Positions 36,292 through 49,699 of a stretch of 64,000 bases of DNA are shown piece after piece (within the stretch, counting starts at the first letter, position 1; every line of letters begins with the position of its first letter). The DNA comes from Mytilus trossulus (lineage: Eukaryota). The notes beneath the pieces were generated by a model, which searched no databases, was not told the origin of the DNA, and saw nothing but the letters and a program-made list of their open reading frames with translations. The stretch is from positions 15,686,001 through 15,750,000 of the forward strand of contig NC_086384.1 in the NCBI RefSeq assembly GCF_036588685.1, in the 5' to 3' direction. The translations under genes were made by a program, and so were the position numbers.

Positions 36292-37616
36292 CAATAAAAG
36301 GCGCAAATGTCAAATTTCAATCCTGGTATCTGTGAGTTTATTTCCGGTATGCATTTTTCTTTGTACCGAGTTATCATTCTCATTTTCTGCCGCCTAAGGA
36401 AATGTCTATACCAAGTTCTAAACCGTGGTTCTAAACAAAAAATAGACATTAGTAATTGTATTTTTTATATTAGTGTTTGGTGCTGATTTAATGTGTAACA
36501 ACAAGACAATCTTATATTCCTGTAAATCACAATAAATGCACAATATTAATTTTATTTTTCGAGTAATGATGTATTCCTATGATATATGAAATCGTAGGTC
36601 ATTTAGCCGACTCGGAGTCTGCAAACGTGCTTGTTTTTCTATCGAGTGACCTTCAAGGTGGTGTAGAGAAAGGTTGATGTTGAAAGGTTGCCTATATTTT
36701 TTTTTGCATTATAAACATATTTCAGTTCATTTGATCAAAAAAATCAAAACATTAGGAAGTTTATCTCTGATTTATGTACTTGTTAACTATGTAAATGACA
36801 AATTGGTGCCATTCATATAAATGAAACAGAATCCACATGATATATGCGACCATTCTTTGATGAAATAAATATTACTTTGATATTACATTTTTTAAAATCA
36901 TTTCTATCAATTTTCAGATTCCATTGTCTAAACTTATGTTTCATTGTCCATGTGTTGTTTCCATTTATTCTAGCCACTAATCTTGGGCATATCTCTTTAT
37001 TCAGACAACAACCCATATAGCAATTAAATTATACTTGTAATGTCATTCATAACTCTTAACAGACCAATTAACAGACCGAGTTTTATACATGTACATCCGA
37101 CCCATTAACAGACCAGATTTTTTTTTATCAAAAATTGATTTATGTCACCAAAATACAGTTTTTCGTGTAGATTTTTCTCATATTGATGTTAATATGGTAA
37201 ACAAACATAATGCCAGTCTGTTTTCGATGTTCAAAAGATTGCATGCAAGTAAACTCAACTAACTTGTCATTTTTGTGTACATTTTGTGTGTGTAAAATGT
37301 GTATAAATTTACTGATGAGTAACTCGCCTTTTCATTTTATAGATCTTTTATTGAAGCTAGGAAAAAAAAAATTACACCACTGGATTCAGTACTCCAAATC
37401 ATTTTGTCAGACATGAAAAGTTATGCTGACCTTGCACTGATTTTCACTATAACACCTGATTAACAGACTTTAGCCAACCCGATTAACAGACCCACCGCCG
37501 ATATAGCCACATACTCAATTTATATTAACCAACCTATCCCTTGGTTAGCCTAGTGTCGGCCGTGATGTCGTCAGTCTCAGTCAAACGTCATAATGAGTAT
37601 GATAAAACAGAAAATG

Positions 37617-37711
37617 GAATGAATGAAATGAATGAAATGAATGAAATGAATGAAATGAATGAAATGAATGAATGAAATGAATGAATGAAATAAATGAATG
37701 AAATAAATGAA
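37617..37711. repeat. (GAAT/GAAAT)n simple repeat
   Basis: direct read. Confidence 0.9.
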
Positions 37712-37957
37712 CTGATAAACCAATCAAACATTTGATAATACACATACGACGGTGACATATGCAAGTGTCGACAAGCCTTACCAATTTAAAATCGAATTTT
37801 AGCAGATGACAAAAAGAAAAAATTTGTGTTTCCCCTGAATATATACGTATATTTAATGATGTTCAATATTTGCGGACGGAATTCTGAGAAATTACATTTA
37901 AAACGATTTATTGCATTTCCTTTGCCTATTTGTATAATATATGTTGTTAGTTACAAG

Positions 37958-38725
37958 GTGTGTTAGTGACCTGATACGATATATATATATATAGATCTAA
38001 CATTGTTGGGTTGATGTTTAGACGAGTTATATATGGGTCTGTAAATTCCATAGGGAGTATGAAAGACTCTCGAATCCCCATATGGAATTTACTTACCCCA
38101 TATATATCGTATTAGGTCACTAGCACACCGTATAACGAATTTATCTTACCGACTGTCTGCACATGCGATATTTAGACTATTGGGTTATCAAAGTGATTAA
38201 GTCTTCAATAATTAGTATAAACATGTTTAAGAACCTACTTCCATTTGTCTATACACAAAACAAATACCAACAACAACAAGAACGTTCGTGTTAACTTTAA
38301 ATTTGTTTTTAAGAAATCATGTACTTCAATCTTTCATTATCAGTTTCGTTGTCTGGTTTTAACCTTTCTTTTTTGTTTTGAAAGAGAAATAACTCCATAC
38401 TAACCCCATATGATTACTGAAAGAACCTACTTCCATTTTCTATACAAAAATGTAATGCCAATTCAAATAACAACGTGTTAGCTTTAAAACAAATTTATGA
38501 ATGTTATTCAATTGTTCGTTATCAGTTTCTTAGTCTGTTTAAACCTTTCAGATATTTCTTCTGTTTCGAAAGGGAAGTAATTCTTTACTAACCCCATATG
38601 GCTGCTAACCATGTATGGTAACTAACCATGTATTATTAGGACACCCTATACGGAATATATAGAGTCACCACGTGTAGTCCGTTAACCAATCATATCCCCA
38701 TAAATCTATAGGAGGTAAGATGAAA
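37958..38725. mobile_element. non-autonomous element with terminal fold-back palindrome
   Basis: gtgttagtgacctgatacgatatat inverted with atatatcgtattaggtcactagcacac; internal direct repeats; partial copy at 38878-38935. Confidence 0.55.
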
Positions 38726-38975
38726 TAAATCTATAGTACAATGTATATCGTTTAAAATTAAATATCTCGCTGGAATATAACATACATTGTACATACACAT
38801 TTCCATGATAAAAAATAAATTTGAGACTCTGAAGACCTTGATTGTTAATAAACGCCGATTTTATCCAGCAGCTCTCACCCCATATGGAATTTACTGACGC
38901 TATATATATCGTATTATGTCACTTATACACCATGTAACTAATATTACAGTAACTTGTTTTTGTATTTTCATACAG

Positions 38976-39227
38976 ACAAGGAATGCTACGATAGCGCTGA
39001 GGGACAGTCTATGTGGTATATGGGCAAGCAGATATGCACCTCTGATGGAACACCATGTGTGCGATGGGATTCCCTCAGTCATGGGTATACAAACACTAGC
39101 TTTCCCGAAGAATCGGTTGTTCTAGCTGGAGCGTATTGTAGAGATCCTGGCGGACTCAAAGGAAAGCCGTGGTGCTACATATCTGGAGATTTTTATTACA
39201 GTTTCTGTGGAATTGCTGATTGTTTAT
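38976..39227 (+). CDS. gene 2 kringle 2
   Basis: ECY...YMG...DGTPCVRW...YCRDP...PWCY...FCGIADC; AG/GTACGT. Confidence 0.92.
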
Positions 39228-39399
39228 GTACGTGACATACTATAATTAAGGAAGTTTTGGTCTCTCCTTTTCATATCTATAGTTTTAAGGTGGTATAAAT
39301 TAATTCTGCTTTAAAAATTTCATAAAAAAATCTACTTTACTAGACAACATATCTTTTAATATATAGTCCGGCAACTTTTATATTCAATGTACTCTTTAT

Positions 39400-39900
39400 G
39401 AAAAATTCAGAATAAAGTAGGCTGTTATCAATTTCCGAACTACATAAATTCCCTATTTTGACATTCTTACAAAACTTTACGAAATATAAAAATATTCCGT
39501 AAAATGCAATGAAAAGACAATTTCTAGGAGATGTAAACGGGTAAATAAAAAAAATATCAAATCAAAGAGATGATACAATTTGTGATTCTTGTACTATCAG
39601 TGAAGTTGAGGACGAACACAATGTTTTCTAACCATACGAACTTTACAAGTCTGTACCCCAGCTGCTCGAACAATAATGCTACTGTCTATCCAGGATTCAT
39701 AGAATCATATTTTTGAAATGATAAATTGCAATTTCTTTCATCTTTAAAACTTATAGAGCTTAAATTGCTGTTTATAAAACAATCGTTTTCACTAAGTATG
39801 GTGAACTCAATGTGTTTCGAGATGGTTGTTATTTCTTTGAACAATATTGGTTTATAATGTTAGGGTTATTTGCGATTGTGGTACATGTACAGTTTCTTTG
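39400..39900 (+). mobile_element. degraded 3' LINE fragment
   Basis: translates to RDDTICDSCTISEVEDEHNVF at about 39567, resembling the LINE C-terminal zinc knuckle. Confidence 0.5.
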
Positions 39901-39999
39901 TTTTATAAATATGTCATCAACCACATTTTAGATGTGTATTTATGAATATACAAAATATTTAATACATGTAATTGTATAAACTTCTTGCTTTAATTACAG

Positions 40000-40026
40000 C
40001 ACTACCAGTTGTACCAGACACATGTG
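40000..40026 (+). CDS. gene 2 27-nt Cys microexon (SLPVVPDTC)
   Basis: tacAG / GTATGT; same length and Cys position as 27014-27040. Confidence 0.8.
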
Positions 40027-41320
40027 GTATGTACTTTTTTTTTTTCAACTTTAAATATTTTATTTCATTCCTGGTTGTGAACAATGTCCCTTAGCGCTAC
40101 AACAATGACGCTAAGGTTCATCCCTGTGTTATTAATTACTAATGAAACCAGGGGATTTGATAAGCAAAATATATCTTATATTTATATCGTGTGTTAGTTG
40201 TATTTTACAAAGTATTAGTACTTTTCAGTTCATAAATTCATACACTAATGGCCTTTGTTAGTCTTGTTTTTTTTATTTTTGTTTTTTGTGTACAATTTGG
40301 AAATTAGTTTGGCGTTCATTATCACTGAACTAGTATATATTTGTTTAGGGGCCAGTTGAAGGACGTCTCCGGGTGCGGGAATTTCTCGCTACATTGAAGA
40401 CCTGTTGGTGACCTTCTGCTGTTATTTTTTCTATGGTTGGGTTGTTGTCTCTTTGACACATTCCCCATTTCCATTCACAATTTTAATATAAAAACTTGAG
40501 AAATTCAAAAATGAAATGTTTTGTTGATGTGAATACTCGTAAAACTTTTTAATGATTGAGTAGTAATTTCTTGATTTATACGATAGAAGTAACGTTTACA
40601 ATTTTGGTTTCCATTGTTACGACATTTGTGAAGGCAAATTATAATTAGACCTTGACTTGATTAAAGTAAAAAGATTGAGAATGGACATGAGGAATGATCA
40701 AAGAGACAACAACACAAACAAAAAGCAAAAGAACATAACAGCTGTGGGCTACAACATTTACAAAAGGGTCTCCAGTTTAGCGAGAAAAGCCCGCATCCGG
40801 AGGCGCGCTTCTACTGACTTCTAAACAAAAGTGAGGACTTCTAGTTCAGTGAAAATAGCCTTTGTATTAATATCCAGATTTCATACCAGTATAGCATTAG
40901 GTCACATGTCGTTTAGATAAACAAATCCGTATTCAGCTTCACGATACATATTCATGCATGAAACGTGTGTCTATATTATGTCATTAGTTTATGCATGAAA
41001 TGAGTGCTTATTAAAAGTCATTATATTTTGGACTCTCTTTAGTTATTTTCAAACGAATGCACTATCGCCCTCGTAATGAATTAAAACTATGGAAGGATAC
41101 TAGAAACTATTTCACTTAAATCATGACGTTATTTGATTTTTACAAGATACACTGTGTGCTTTACTGTTTGAGTCAAAAGTCCGGCACAAATATGGAAACT
41201 TAAAACTGCTCACAAAAGGTACACAAGACTGCCGAAGAATAACTTATATTTAGCCACTAGTTTGATAGAATTTCTTAGATAATTTCTCTTAATTAGATCT
41301 TACCAGTAAATATTTTGCAG

Positions 41321-41350
41321 ATTTAACAACCGCCGAAGCAACAACCCAAG
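41321..41350 (+). CDS. gene 2 30-nt Thr-rich microexon (DLTTAEATTQ)
   Basis: ttttgcAG / GTAATT, phase 1-1. Confidence 0.8.
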
Positions 41351-41947
41351 GTAATTTTTAATACGTCGTTATGTTAAATGAATATGTGTGTCTTAGCCAC
41401 ACAAAACCCAAACGTAGATGCATATAACTATTTCAGCAAACAAATGACACGGTTTATTTATTTTTAACATCAGTCAAAATATATGTCTTATATTCATTTA
41501 TTGCAATTGAAAACAGAGGATGACAAATAATTGAAAAATAGAGAAAAATAAAAACATCAACCATCAACATGATCAACATGTTTCTTTGGTTTTGTAAAGG
41601 AATATCCGTTGGTTTTTTTTTTGTTAAAAAAACTATCTTTCTTTCATCAGATAAAGACTGAAATGTGAAATCCGCTGGTTTTTTTTTAACCTTGACACTT
41701 CTTACACTGTGGACGGATACTAGTTACTTATTTCACTAAAAACTGGATTACGTGTTGTTGTCAATGTTGTTTCTTTAAAGATACAATGTGTGCTCTAATG
41801 TTTAAGTCAGAACTCAGACACTTATAAGGAAGCTGGAAATTGTTTACAAAAGGTACAAAATGTTGCTGTGGAAAATCGTAAGTTTAATGGAATGTTTGAC
41901 AGTGTTTCAGTTAATAAAATCTAACGAGCAAACAATTTTTTTTTCAG

Positions 41948-41977
41948 ATCAAACAACAGTCGAAGCAACAACCCAAG
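41948..41977 (+). CDS. gene 2 30-nt Thr-rich microexon (DQTTVEATTQ)
   Basis: ttttcAG / GTAGTT. Confidence 0.8.
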
Positions 41978-42468
41978 GTAGTTTTTGTTAATTTGTTTTA
42001 ATAAATGAATCTGTATGTCACATCTAACACAAAACCTATACATACATGAAACTTATATATATCTATCAAGGCATTTAAAATTCAAAGAATTGAAGAGAAG
42101 AGAAAAAGCCGAAAACATAAAATTATTTCTTCAGTTTTGAAAAAAAGATACATTTTGGTTTATAATAACCTATCTTTGTCTTTTAAGGTAAGGATTAAAA
42201 TATAAAATCCGTTTTTTTCTTTGCACTTCAATCGCTAAAAACTTGACGTGATTATGTTGAGAAAGTTGTTTCTTACAAGACCCTTACAAGATGCAATTGA
42301 TGCTCTTATGTTTGAATTAGAACGTTGGCAGATTTATGGAAACTCAAAACTGCCTACGACAGGTACGCAATGCTGCTATGGTAAAACTTAAGTTAGCCAT
42401 AAGTTTGATAGAATTAATGACATAATTTCACTTAATATCTAATGAGTAAAAAAAAATGTTTTTTTCAG

Positions 42469-42498
42469 ATCAAACTACCGTCGAAGCAACAACACAAG
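42469..42498 (+). CDS. gene 2 30-nt Thr-rich microexon (DQTTVEATTQ)
   Basis: ttttcAG / GTAATT. Confidence 0.8.
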
Positions 42499-42579
42499 GT
42501 AATTTAACATTCGTCGTTTTAATAAATGAATCTGTGTTTAACAGCCACACAAAACCTATACATACAGGAAACGTATTAA

Positions 42580-42852
42580 GGTGGTACCTAACACTACAGG
42601 GAGATAACTCTGTAAAGTCAGCTAAACGTTTTAATTACGTTGTGTTGTAAAAGAAATATAAAGCTCCTCAATGATCAAAACTGGTGTTTGTCAAACTGCT
42701 ATATAACCAGTGTATTTTTTCTGACAAAACGGTTGGTTCAAAATTTTAGAAATTTTTATATTTTTGTTAAAGGGTCAAAGTAAATACTTTGTCAAAATTT
42801 TGTGAAAATTAAACGAGCCAAATTAATTTTAGTGAAAGTTTTGGGTACCACC
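42580..42852. mobile_element. Kolobok-type MITE
   Basis: TTAA TSD; TIR ggtggtacc / ggtaccacc. Confidence 0.8.
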
Positions 42853-44506
42853 TTAATATATGATTTTATGGAAATTATTGGAACTTTGGTCTTTCTTCAG
42901 TTTTCAACCCTAATGCACTGTTTCTGTCTCTAAACTGACCATACGTTTCAAACTTATGTGTTTTCATCAATCCTTTCCACTATACAAAACACACGATTTT
43001 ATCATAAATATCAGGCAAAATATAAGTGTATAAAGTTATTGATTACATATGATATCAAAATGTTGGAAAAGGAAAATAATCAGCATTTATTAAAGGCAAC
43101 AGTAGTATACCACTATTCGAAATTTCTACATCGATCGAGACAAAAATGAGAGAAACACAAAGTTGGTTTCTTTCGTTGTATAGAAAGAAAAAAAATACAC
43201 GTAATGGTATCCCCGCCTATCGCCACAGTGTTGTACGCTTATTGTCGTAAAGAACAGAGACGGAGATTGGTTATACTTGGTTTATCACATAATGAAGAAA
43301 CCCGAAAATAAAACGCAAAATACGGATAACAGTTTTCGAATGAAAGCATGGAAATTTAAAGACGGATTAACTAAAAAATAAGTCTGATTTCAGGTGTTCC
43401 AGAAAGTAACCATCGTATTGCTCATCTATTGAAATACAAATATGTTTCGTATTAAAATATCTGTAATTTGTGTACACTTCGGACATGTCGGACGTTTATT
43501 CATTGTTAAAACATACTAATATCTGTTGACTTCTTGTTGTCACACGTTGTTTGTTACCATTGACATTCGTATATTTTTTTCTCTTATGTTTGTGTCGCAG
43601 TTTTAACATACATATGGCAACTGAACACTGCACATAGGTATTAAGGTTAAACAAAGAAAAAGGGATTAACCCAACAAAACCAATGAATCTTTCAAATCGA
43701 ATTAGTTAAGAAATATAAGATTATGAACAGTTTAAAAATACAGTGATCATGCACTATCATAATCAAAACAAAATATAACCAAGCTTTCATGGTGCCTTCG
43801 TATATATAATGATCAATTGTTTAAATTTAAATAATAGAAAAGATGTCTCTCAAAGAAGAGGGAAAAGGTTAAAACAAACAACACAGCAGACAATAAAGGA
43901 ACTGAATGATGCTGTAGTATATGACATTTATAAAATTTGACACATTATATTAGTATATTTTTACATACTTATTTATATGAGTAGAAATACATATTTTTTT
44001 TGAACATCGCTTTATGACTGTCGTCTCAAAATCACCAATTGATACGTGTATTTTCTTTTAAGAAATTATAATATGTAGATAAGAACCCCTCCCCCCCCCC
44101 CAAAAAAAAGAGCCAAGATAATACCAATAAGTTATATAACAGCTGTTAATAGAAACATAATTTATACAACAAAATATATATACAAATATTGCAACGATAC
44201 TGAAGTTTCCAATCGACTCCTTATACTGAATTTGGAACATGTTTAAAATCTACCTCAACACTAACATAGAAAATGGGATATTGACAACAAAATTAGCATT
44301 TTCAGTTATATACGATACAAATTGAATAAAAGTCTTCGTCGTCGTTCGAACCAATTTCAAGTAAATGTAGTATACTATGTATATTTGATTCCTAAAAAAA
44401 TATCTTTTTTATTCTGTTTTCATATATGTACTGTTTTATATTATATTTTTTTTATTTTCTTGGCTTCTTTCTTTGCTTTTTTTGACATGTAATAGCTATA
44501 TTTTAG

Positions 44507-44683
44507 CTCCATCATGTCCAATACCTAAATTGATAACGTATTCTACAAATTCCTACACTGGTCTATTGTCTGGTGACAATGTGACATATGTATGCGATCA
44601 AGGATATGCTGTCACATCTGGCAATCTTGTTCGCACATGCGATTTGAGTGGTGTATGGAGTGGTTCTTGGCCAGTTTGCACAA
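44507..44683 (+). CDS. gene 2 CCP/sushi domain
   Basis: CPIP...GDNVTYVCDQGY...RTCDLSGVWSGSWPVC. Confidence 0.93.
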
Positions 44684-45382
44684 GTAAGCTCAGCAAATTG
44701 TGCATTTTAAAAGTCATTAGAAGATCAAGTGACTAATATGATTTATATTTTAGATCTATGTTGTGTTTTGTCTTTTTGTAGTTTCTTTTTTGCAACAGTG
44801 TTGTCAGCTTAATTCCACCTCACGCATCATTGAAAAAAGAATGGAATTTGACGCGACTTTCGTACAAGCGCGAGGTTTAGCGCTATAATGTGTTTATCAT
44901 TTGATTTTGCCAATTGACTGGGGACTTTCCGTTTTGAATTTTCCTCGGTGTTCATTATTTTTGTGATTTTACTATTTAGATATTGTTTTCAAAATTTAGC
45001 AAAAGCAAATTTTTAAAATTTCTTTATGTTTTTCCTTTTTTGTTTATGTTTATAAACATATCAAAATCATTATCATGATTATATATACTTTAAAATAAAG
45101 ACAATATGATGTTACACATTGTTGTTTTTCATCCTTCTGTCTTAGGACGTGATCACACCAAACGCCATGTACAGTAAACATGTTTACAATTAGTTTCATG
45201 TAATAAAAACTGGTTTTACATTACATTTGATCACATCTATACACCTGGTTTATTTACCAGTTTTGTTCAACTTTATGCCATTTAAATATTCATTACATAG
45301 AACCGAATTAAAGTTTCTTGGACACATTTTCCAACAGTGATGAAAGCCATTTTCATGATTTGAACCTAGTTTAAAGATACTA

Positions 45383-45833
45383 TACAGCTACTTTTGCATA
45401 GGTACTATTCCTGTACCAAAAATCTGTAGTACTGGACATCTACTTTTAATATTCAGTACTATTTTTGTTACTTTAAAATTATTGTAATATTTAGGTACCT
45501 ATTTTACAGTACTTGATTTGTACTTGAAATTTAAGTACTACAGATTTTTGGTTGCATGGTTATATTTTCAGTATTTTGTGTTTATCTTCTTCATATCTCA
45601 TAAAGTTATGATGTTCAAACATGGAATACTGTATCATTTTTTTTTATAATTGTTGAAACAATGTTGTACCAATGTTTTAAGTACAAATCAAGTACTGGAA
45701 AATACAAGTACCTAAATATTACAATATTTCTAAAGTAAAGAAATAGTACTAAATATTAAAAGTAAATTTCCAGTACTACAGATTTTCAGTACAGAAATAG
45801 TACAGAAAAAGTACCTATGCAAAAGAAGCTGTG
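45383..45833. mobile_element. fold-back MITE with long inverted arms
   Basis: tacagctacttttgcataggtact / agtacctatgcaaaagaagctgtg; arms about 170 bp; TA duplication. Confidence 0.8.
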
Positions 45834-47292
45834 TAAAGATGTCTCGATTACTCGATTACCAGAGGCGGATAAAGACATTTTTAAAATGCATTGGGTTCTG
45901 AATATTGATACTCCTAAAAAGGGGGTTCCATCCGCCGGAACCCGTCCCTATCTGAATCCGCCACTAAGTACACAATACATTACGTAGGATACAAAAGAAG
46001 AAGAAGTATTGGTTGGTTGATTGTTGCATGGTTGCTTTACGCCGCATTAACATAAAAAGGCTTTATCGCGGCGAAAGAAGTATTGAGATGTCAAGGGTGT
46101 TTTAGTATTGCATTTATGAGTGAATCGTTGATTCACCAGTGGCGAATATTTCTGTGTACGTCCAGTCAATTTGGGAAGACATTTTCAAATGAATTATGTG
46201 TTTGGCAATGGTGATGTTTTGAGTCTGGATTAGGGGTTCAGGGAATGACCATTCAACTAAAAAAGAGAGGATTTTTTATTTCTCCATAAAATATTCTAAT
46301 TCTAAAATTGATGAAAAAATATTCTGTTCAATGAGGAAAATAAATTTCTGAATCCAGATTTTCACCTTATCTGATTGTGTTAAATTTTTAACAAAACTAT
46401 TTGATTAATAGCTTTGAAAAACTTAATAAAAATATTCGTGCACGAAAATTTGTTGTGTCGAACATGAAAACCATAACCACCTTCACGCATGTAGTGAAAT
46501 GGTTGCTCCCTAATATGGCGACTTACACAGTATTTTTAAAACATTTTTTTAATATATCGAGATTAGACAAATGATTCAGTAAAACAACTACATACTAAAT
46601 AATTGTTATAAATGTATTAATTTTTTTAAAAAGAAGTTTCTTCTTTAAATATACATGTTGTTTTGTGTACACTGAATCACACAAGTTCTACATTGACTAT
46701 CGACTGCATGTAGTCAAAACATGATTTAAACTACATGTAAACATTGAGTTTTATCAATAGGCACGTAAATGTGTTTTGTTTACGTGTGAATTACACTAAA
46801 ACAACACAGAGTTTATGTCAATGAGAACACGACCTTACATTTCAATACAAACCACAATTAATCTTGAAATAATATTTTGTAAAGCATAACACATTGAAAT
46901 GCAAATAATTATCTTTTACACGACAATAGGGAGAATACTATGTATGAAGCCAAAGATTTGCTAGAGAGTTTTCTTATAAATGAATTCATTTGAAATTGTC
47001 AAATGTCTATTTTTATCGACAAAATTACTTTGTTTTGTATGAATGCTTGGAAAGAGTAGAGTCTATTTTTATCGACAAAATTACTTTGTTTTGTATGAAT
47101 GCTTGGAAAGAGTAGAGAAGTCCATAAAACATGAAGAGTTATTTTAGTTTTAGATCTAGAATAACGATTTAGAAATGATTTAAAGGGCATACATTTCTCA
47201 TTATTCATCTAAAACATTAATTTTTTTATGAAAGTTTCAAAATATTATCATGATGCGCAAACATATTTTAAATGTGTATTACATTATTACAG

Positions 47293-47469
47293 TTGTAACA
47301 TGTGGAGAACCTCCAGCAATTCCGAATGGAAGTTATACTGTCTTGGGATACAACGTTGATCATACAGTTACTTATGTGTGTGACGATGGATTCGTTCATT
47401 CTGCTGGAAATTTAGTTGGAACATGTACCAGTTCAGGGACATGGAGTTTGATAGTACCATCTTGCAGTG
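47293..47469 (+). CDS. gene 2 CCP/sushi domain
   Basis: CGEPPAIPNG...VTYVCDDGF...CTSSGTWSLIVPSC. Confidence 0.93.
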
Positions 47470-48011
47470 GTAAAGGAGTGTTTTTGTATAGCTTACACAT
47501 ACCATCACTTGCATTGTGACGTCCTTTGTTAACTATTAATAACATTATGATTCTGAAATTAGAGGGCCAGTTAGAACCATATTTAACATTTTTTCCTTGA
47601 ATTTGAAAAATTTAAATGTCAGATGTTATTTCTGACAACTAACAGGGCCATCAATAAAAAGACAGGAAATTACAGCTATATTTTGTTATGCAAGTCTTCA
47701 TAGAAAGAGAACAAAACGACAGGAATTGAAATGTGCACAATTTACTTCAATCTACCTATTGATAATTTGCAATAAAAATGCCACCAACGTAAAAAGTAAA
47801 ATCACAAAAATACTGAACTCGGAGTAAATTCAAAACGGAATGTCCCTAATCAAAAGGTAAACTCAAAAGATAAAACACACGAAACGAATGGTCAACAACT
47901 GTCATATTCCTGACTTGTAAGTAAATGACCCACAAAAAGAATTAACAGTTTTGTTTTGTTTGGTGAATCGAAAACTATTAAAAATCATAATAAGAATATT
48001 TATATACTTAA

Positions 48012-48582
48012 GGTGGTATGGGAGTCTAAAATAAAAATGATAGAATTTGTTCATATTTTGCCAAAACGTAGTATCTATATGTTCAAAAATATAATAAAAA
48101 AAGATAGGTCATCGCGCATTTTCTCAAGCTACAGGTTGTGACAAAATGACACATTTTGAATGGATTTTACAGGGAAAAACATCATTTAGTGTTTAGAAAC
48201 TATAAAAAATGATAGAATTGTAAAATAAATTAGGAAAAGATAGTTTTCAAACACTGCTTTGAAAATATCAATAGAAAAGATAGGGTCACCGTACGTTTTT
48301 CCCGGCTTAAATACAAAATAGGAAAATTCCAAGTAGATTTCTTCCGAAAATGCACTGTTTTAGAGTGACCTCCCTTTAAAATTCCAATTTAAAAACACTT
48401 AAAAACAACCAAAAATAATCAACACTTGTAAAAATATTAATATTCTTATAAACTTGTTTTTTTTAAAAAATTCACATTAAATATCTGCATTCCTGCATCA
48501 AATTTTGCTAACTTGATAGAAAATCTGGATCTTTGGTTCTCTGTTTTTTACAATCTAAGATGACGAAAGACACCATACCACC
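48012..48582. mobile_element. Kolobok-type MITE
   Basis: TTAA TSD; TIR ggtggtatgg / ccataccacc. Confidence 0.8.
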
Positions 48583-48915
48583 TTAAATGCAATAAATGTA
48601 CCAAATATAAATTTTTCTTATCTTTCATATGCTTGTTTCATAAAAAGCAAAAATTTCAAGAGAGTAAATCTATTTGATAGTTCTATACAAGCTGTTTTTT
48701 TGATAAAAAAAGTATTCGCCAAAGATAAGTTTAAATATGGGATAGTTAGTCTACGTCAACAATATAAAGAGTATCTAGAATGTAAAGATATGTCTATAAC
48801 ATGTATAAGTGAAGATTTGATTGATAAGACAATTTCCAAGTATCAAATTGTTATTAATACGAATTTGTTTTTTTAATAATTTCTATACACTCTACTGTCT
48901 AAACCAATTTTACAG

Positions 48916-49092
48916 CTGCCTTGTGTCCGTCACCACCAACAATAGCCAACACTGTTATAAAAGAACAAGGAAGAAGTCCCGGAGACAAAGTAGTCTATAG
49001 TTGTATACCTGGATTTGTTGCCGTCTCTGGTGATCTGGAACGTGTGTGTAGTACTAGTTTGTCTTGGGAAGGAATCAATCCGGTTTGCATAC
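48916..49092 (+). CDS. gene 2 CCP/sushi domain
   Basis: CPSPPTIAN...GDKVVYSCIPGF...CSTSLSWEGINPVC. Confidence 0.93.
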
Positions 49093-49699
49093 GTAAGTTT
49101 CAAGGGTATAATATAATTTATAATAAGGAGATGTGGTATAATGTCAAATGAAACAACTATCTTTTGATGTTAAAATATAGAGGCTGTAAGCCAATATTGA
49201 CAACTGTACGGGTTCAAATAAATAGAAAAAACAGAAGGCAATAAAAGGACCCGACATAGAATAAATGTGTAACGATTTGGTATAAATCAACAACACCACT
49301 GAAGACTTCTTACTTACTACATTATGCGGCGGGGTTAAACATTTGTGTTTGTGCCAAACCCTTCACCTTACATGAGACAGTGGTGTGACAGTGTAACAAA
49401 CTATAGGACTCCTTTTGAAGAGGTTTGAATTGAACTTCAATCTGTTACAACACACAAAGGAAGCAACAGCTTTTAATATAACAAAACGTTTATATTATTG
49501 GAATCTTTATGCAACAACTGCATTCACATGGTTAATTTCTTTCTGGTTTTTTTTATGATCACCTTAACAAAATTCGAAGTAAACAAATAAATGTCCACAA
49601 AACAACACACAGAAAAGGAAGATTGAGAAACACAAAACCCCACCGAAATTAGTTGGTCTGGAAGTATCATTGTGTTTTGATAACATTTTCTTTTCACAG

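Larger units (their letters stand above)
28070..37564. mobile_element. non-autonomous Transib-like DNA transposon hosting nested insertions
   Basis: ~92-bp TIRs starting CACGGCC and ending GGCCGTG; 5-bp TSD ATGTC (28065-28069, 37565-37569). Confidence 0.8.

Noticed and set aside
35736-36297. Identical peptides on both strands
   Set aside because: Consequence of the 113-bp inverted repeat, not genes.
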